From Acidimicrobiaceae bacterium (GTDB taxonomy: Bacteria > Actinomycetota > Acidimicrobiia > Acidimicrobiales > UBA8592), in NCBI GenBank assembly GCA_002715405.1, contig PAZD01000015.1:10233-48238 (forward strand): a DNA stretch of 38,006 nucleotides, written 5' to 3'. The position numbers and the translations under genes were made by a program. This document shows positions 35,622-38,006 of this stretch, piece by piece. Numbering within the stretch: the stretch's first letter is position 1; every line of letters begins with the position of its first letter. Below the pieces are notes generated by a model. The model ran no database searches and was not told where the DNA came from. It worked only from the letters and a program-made list of their open reading frames with translations.

Positions 35622-36503
35622 ATGCCCTGGAAGATAAATTCTTTTCTCAAGTCATTGATTTCAGTCAGCGATGCGACGACCGCTGTGTATAAAAGGGATG
35701 TCAATGCCTTCATGAAGTGGAGCCTAGAAAATGAACTTCATCGTCCCAAAGATATTACTCGACGACACCTCCGGTACTACCTTGCATGGCTGCAGGAGAA
35801 TAGTTACGCACGTCGGACCATTGCTAGAAAAGCATCGGCGTTACGGAGGTACTTTCAATGGGCGCAAAGAACAGGAGTTATATCTACTGACCCGAGTATC
35901 GAAATTCAGGCGACGCTCGGAGATGGTCGCCTTCCAAGAGTTTTAAAGAAACAAGAGATTAAAGTTCTTTTGGATACTCCAAGAGCGTCGATAGTTGATG
36001 AAACCGGACCCCGACGCCTTAGAGATGATGCTGTTTTAGAGTTGCTTTATGGCAGTGGATTAAGGGTAAGTGAGCTGTGTTCCTTAACAATAAAGTCATT
36101 CGATTTTCAAAGGAAACTAGTTCGTGTTCTAGGAAAAGGGAATAAAGAACGCCTTGTACCTCTCTCTCAAAAATCAGTGAGAGCAATAAAAGCATGGTTA
36201 TCAGAAGGAAGAATAGAGCTTTCTCAGGAATCTAAGAGTAATAGTTCCCTGTTCGTCAATCTCCGAGGAAATTCTCTCACTCCTCGCGATGTGAGACGAA
36301 TAATTGATCGAAGAGCCTCAGCTCCAACGAACCCGCATGCATTCCGCCATACCTACGCCACCCACCTTCTCGATGGCGGAGCTGATCTTCGTGAAGTTCA
36401 AGAATTACTTGGCCACGCTGACCTTAGCTCAACTCAGATCTACACCCATGTAAGTAAAGAAAGACTTAAGAAAGTCCACAAGGAAACACATCCAAGAGCA
36501 TAA
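35622..36503 (+). CDS. xerC: Tyrosine recombinase XerC
   Basis: SGLRVSEL, GKGNKER, PHAFRHTYATHLL, VQELLGH, TQIYTH; usual actinobacterial position upstream of rpsB. Confidence 0.9.
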   Translation: MPWKINSFLKSLISVSDATTAVYKRDVNAFMKWSLENELHRPKDITRRHLRYYLAWLQENSYARRTIARKASALRRYFQWAQRTGVISTDPSIEIQATLGDGRLPRVLKKQEIKVLLDTPRASIVDETGPRRLRDDAVLELLYGSGLRVSELCSLTIKSFDFQRKLVRVLGKGNKERLVPLSQKSVRAIKAWLSEGRIELSQESKSNSSLFVNLRGNSLTPRDVRRIIDRRASAPTNPHAFRHTYATHLLDGGADLREVQELLGHADLSSTQIYTHVSKERLKKVHKETHPRA

Positions 36504-36565
36504 AATTTCTAATCCTAGTGCCACAAAACTGACGATTACTTAAGTGGGAGAAGCATTTATGCTGG

Positions 36566-36672
36566 TAGACTTCTCACTTGTTCTGATATCAGAATAATAA
36601 TTCATCTGAAGCCAACCACGGTCGTTTTCGGGCGCAGGTTCCAGAGTTCGTTTAACCGTGGAAGGAGAAAAA
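36566..36672 (+). promoter_or_regulatory. rpsB promoter (-10 TAGACT) and probable S2 autoregulatory leader
   Basis: TAGACT at 36566-36571; palindrome TTCTGATATCAGAA at 36581-36594; CCACGGT (36616-36622) / ACCGTGG (36655-36661) stem abutting SD AAGGAG. Confidence 0.55.
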
Positions 36673-37572
36673 ATGTCACCAGTTGTCACGATGAGTCAAC
36701 TTCTCGAAGCGGGGGTTCATTTCGGCCACCAGACGAGACGTTGGAATCCCAAAATGCAGAGGTTCATATACGGTGAACGTAATGGAATCTACTTGCTTGA
36801 TCTAAACCAAACTCTTGATTGTCTGACCAATGCTTATACCCATGTACGAGATACTGTCGCGAAAGGCGGCTTAGTTCTTTTCGTCGGAACAAAAAAACAG
36901 ACAAGAGATTCCGTAGAGCAATTCGCAGAACGCTGCTCTCAGCCGTATGTCAATCAACGATGGCTAGGAGGCATGCTTACAAATTTTGAAACTATGGCTA
37001 AGCGTGTTGCAAAGATGAAGGAATATCAACGAATGCGCGAATCGGGAGAGTTTGATGAAATGCCCAAAAAGGAAGCGTTGATGCTCTCAAGGGAACTCGC
37101 AAAACTCGAGCGTAACCTAGGCGGTATCCGAACTATGCGCAGCAGGCCACAAATTGTCTTTGTCCTTGATACCAAGAAGGAACACATCGCTGTTACCGAA
37201 GCCAATAAGCTGGGTATCCCTGTTATCGCAGTAGTAGATACGAACTGTGATCCTGATGTTATCGACTATGTGATACCTGGTAATGATGACGCGATTCGCT
37301 CAAGTGAACTAATGTGCCGAGTGATTTGTGAGGCAGTTGAAGAAGGACAATTGATCGCTTCAAAGAGTCTTGGAGATAGCTCACCCGCTGTTGAAGAAAA
37401 TACCGAAAGAACTGAGAAAGATGAGCGAGCGATCGCCGAAGAGCAAGAATTAGCTAAAAAAGCTGCAGCGGAGGCATTTCGCGAGAAAGAGAAAAAAATT
37501 GCGGAAGAGATAGCTTCAGCCCCTAATGATGATTCTCCTTCAGAAGAGATGACCGAAACTAATCAGGAGTAG
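36673..37572 (+). CDS. rpsB: 30S ribosomal protein S2 with acidic tail
   Basis: [45 protein letters not shown]; ATG 36673 follows SD. Confidence 0.98.
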   Translation: MSPVVTMSQLLEAGVHFGHQTRRWNPKMQRFIYGERNGIYLLDLNQTLDCLTNAYTHVRDTVAKGGLVLFVGTKKQTRDSVEQFAERCSQPYVNQRWLGGMLTNFETMAKRVAKMKEYQRMRESGEFDEMPKKEALMLSRELAKLERNLGGIRTMRSRPQIVFVLDTKKEHIAVTEANKLGIPVIAVVDTNCDPDVIDYVIPGNDDAIRSSELMCRVICEAVEEGQLIASKSLGDSSPAVEENTERTEKDERAIAEEQELAKKAAAEAFREKEKKIAEEIASAPNDDSPSEEMTETNQE

Positions 37573-37575
37573 AGA

Positions 37576-38006
37576 ATGGCTGACTTCACAGCGAAAGATG
37601 TACAGAAACTCAGGCAAGCCTCGGGCGCGGGGATGATGGATGCGAAAAAGGCCCTTGATGAAGCTTCCGGAGATTTTGAAGCTGCCCTTCAAGCTCTTCG
37701 CGAAAAGGGTCTTTCAAAAGCAGATAGTAGAAGTGATCGCGAAAGTTCAAATGGTGCCGTAGCTGTAGCAAGAGACGGTAACTCCGCTGCGATCGTAGAA
37801 CTGAAATCTGAAACTGATTTTTCAGCTAAAGCAGAAGATTTTCTGGCTTTGACTCAACAGTTAGCTAATTTAGTCCTAGATCGGGGAGAGGAAGCAACAA
37901 CTGAGATCAATGATGCTATTGATGATCTTCGAATCAATAAAAAGGAAAATATTCAACTGGGGTTAGTGCGAAGAGTGCAAGCGCCTGAGAGTGCTGTCAT
38001 GGACGT
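37576..38006 (+). CDS. tsf: Elongation factor Ts (partial, runs off window)
   Basis: Hand translation: MADFTAKDVQKLRQASGAGMMDAKKALDEASGDFEAALQALREKG...ELKSETDF. Confidence 0.96.
   Translation, partial: MADFTAKDVQKLRQASGAGMMDAKKALDEASGDFEAALQALREKGLSKADSRSDRESSNGAVAVARDGNSAAIVELKSETDFSAKAEDFLALTQQLANLVLDRGEEATTEINDAIDDLRINKKENIQLGLVRRVQAPESAVMD

Noticed and set aside
35622-36503. Tyrosine recombinase as a prophage or island integrase
   Set aside because: It has XerC-type length and motifs and the standard position before rpsB, with no att repeats, tRNA or cargo genes.
1-38006. CRISPR arrays, tRNA/rRNA, SRP RNA, IS elements or defence systems
   Set aside because: All intergenic gaps are under about 200 nt, and none shows spaced repeats, cloverleaf or SRP motifs, terminal inverted repeats or transposase frames.

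Overview
Core-chromosome window from a bacterium that looks like a lower-GC (roughly mid-40s % by eye), compact member of the Actinomycetota, most plausibly Acidimicrobiia. This placement is inferred from actinobacterial gene order plus plsX/acpP. The right two-thirds is the conserved block fakA-like(DAK2)-recG-rsmD-coaD-sepIVA-like-yceD-rpmF-plsX-acpP-rnc-mutM-like-smc-(htrA)-ftsY-ffh-rpsP-khpA-rimM-trmD-rplS-...-xerC-rpsB-tsf. The left third has ettA, a HAD hydrolase, xth, an APC permease with cytoplasmic regulatory domains, a UvrD-HRDC helicase, a CaiB/AMACR CoA-transferase, an MhuD-like heme monooxygenase with a coupled membrane protein, galE, an aldonolactone oxidase/PLP aldolase pair, ATP-type pckA and a cold-shock-domain protein. 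I see no mobile element, CRISPR array, tRNA or rRNA. Four genes missing from the ORF track were read by hand: ettA (partial), a 50-aa zinc-ribbon gene, rpmF and tsf (partial). The best leads are an intact MutM/Fpg homolog that has lost nearly all catalytic and Zn-finger residues, a UvrD naturally lacking subdomain 2B, an in-frame amber codon in the AMACR tail, a possible MhuD plus His-bearing membrane protein heme module, and pervasive leaderless promoters. All family assignments come from motif recognition, not database searches.
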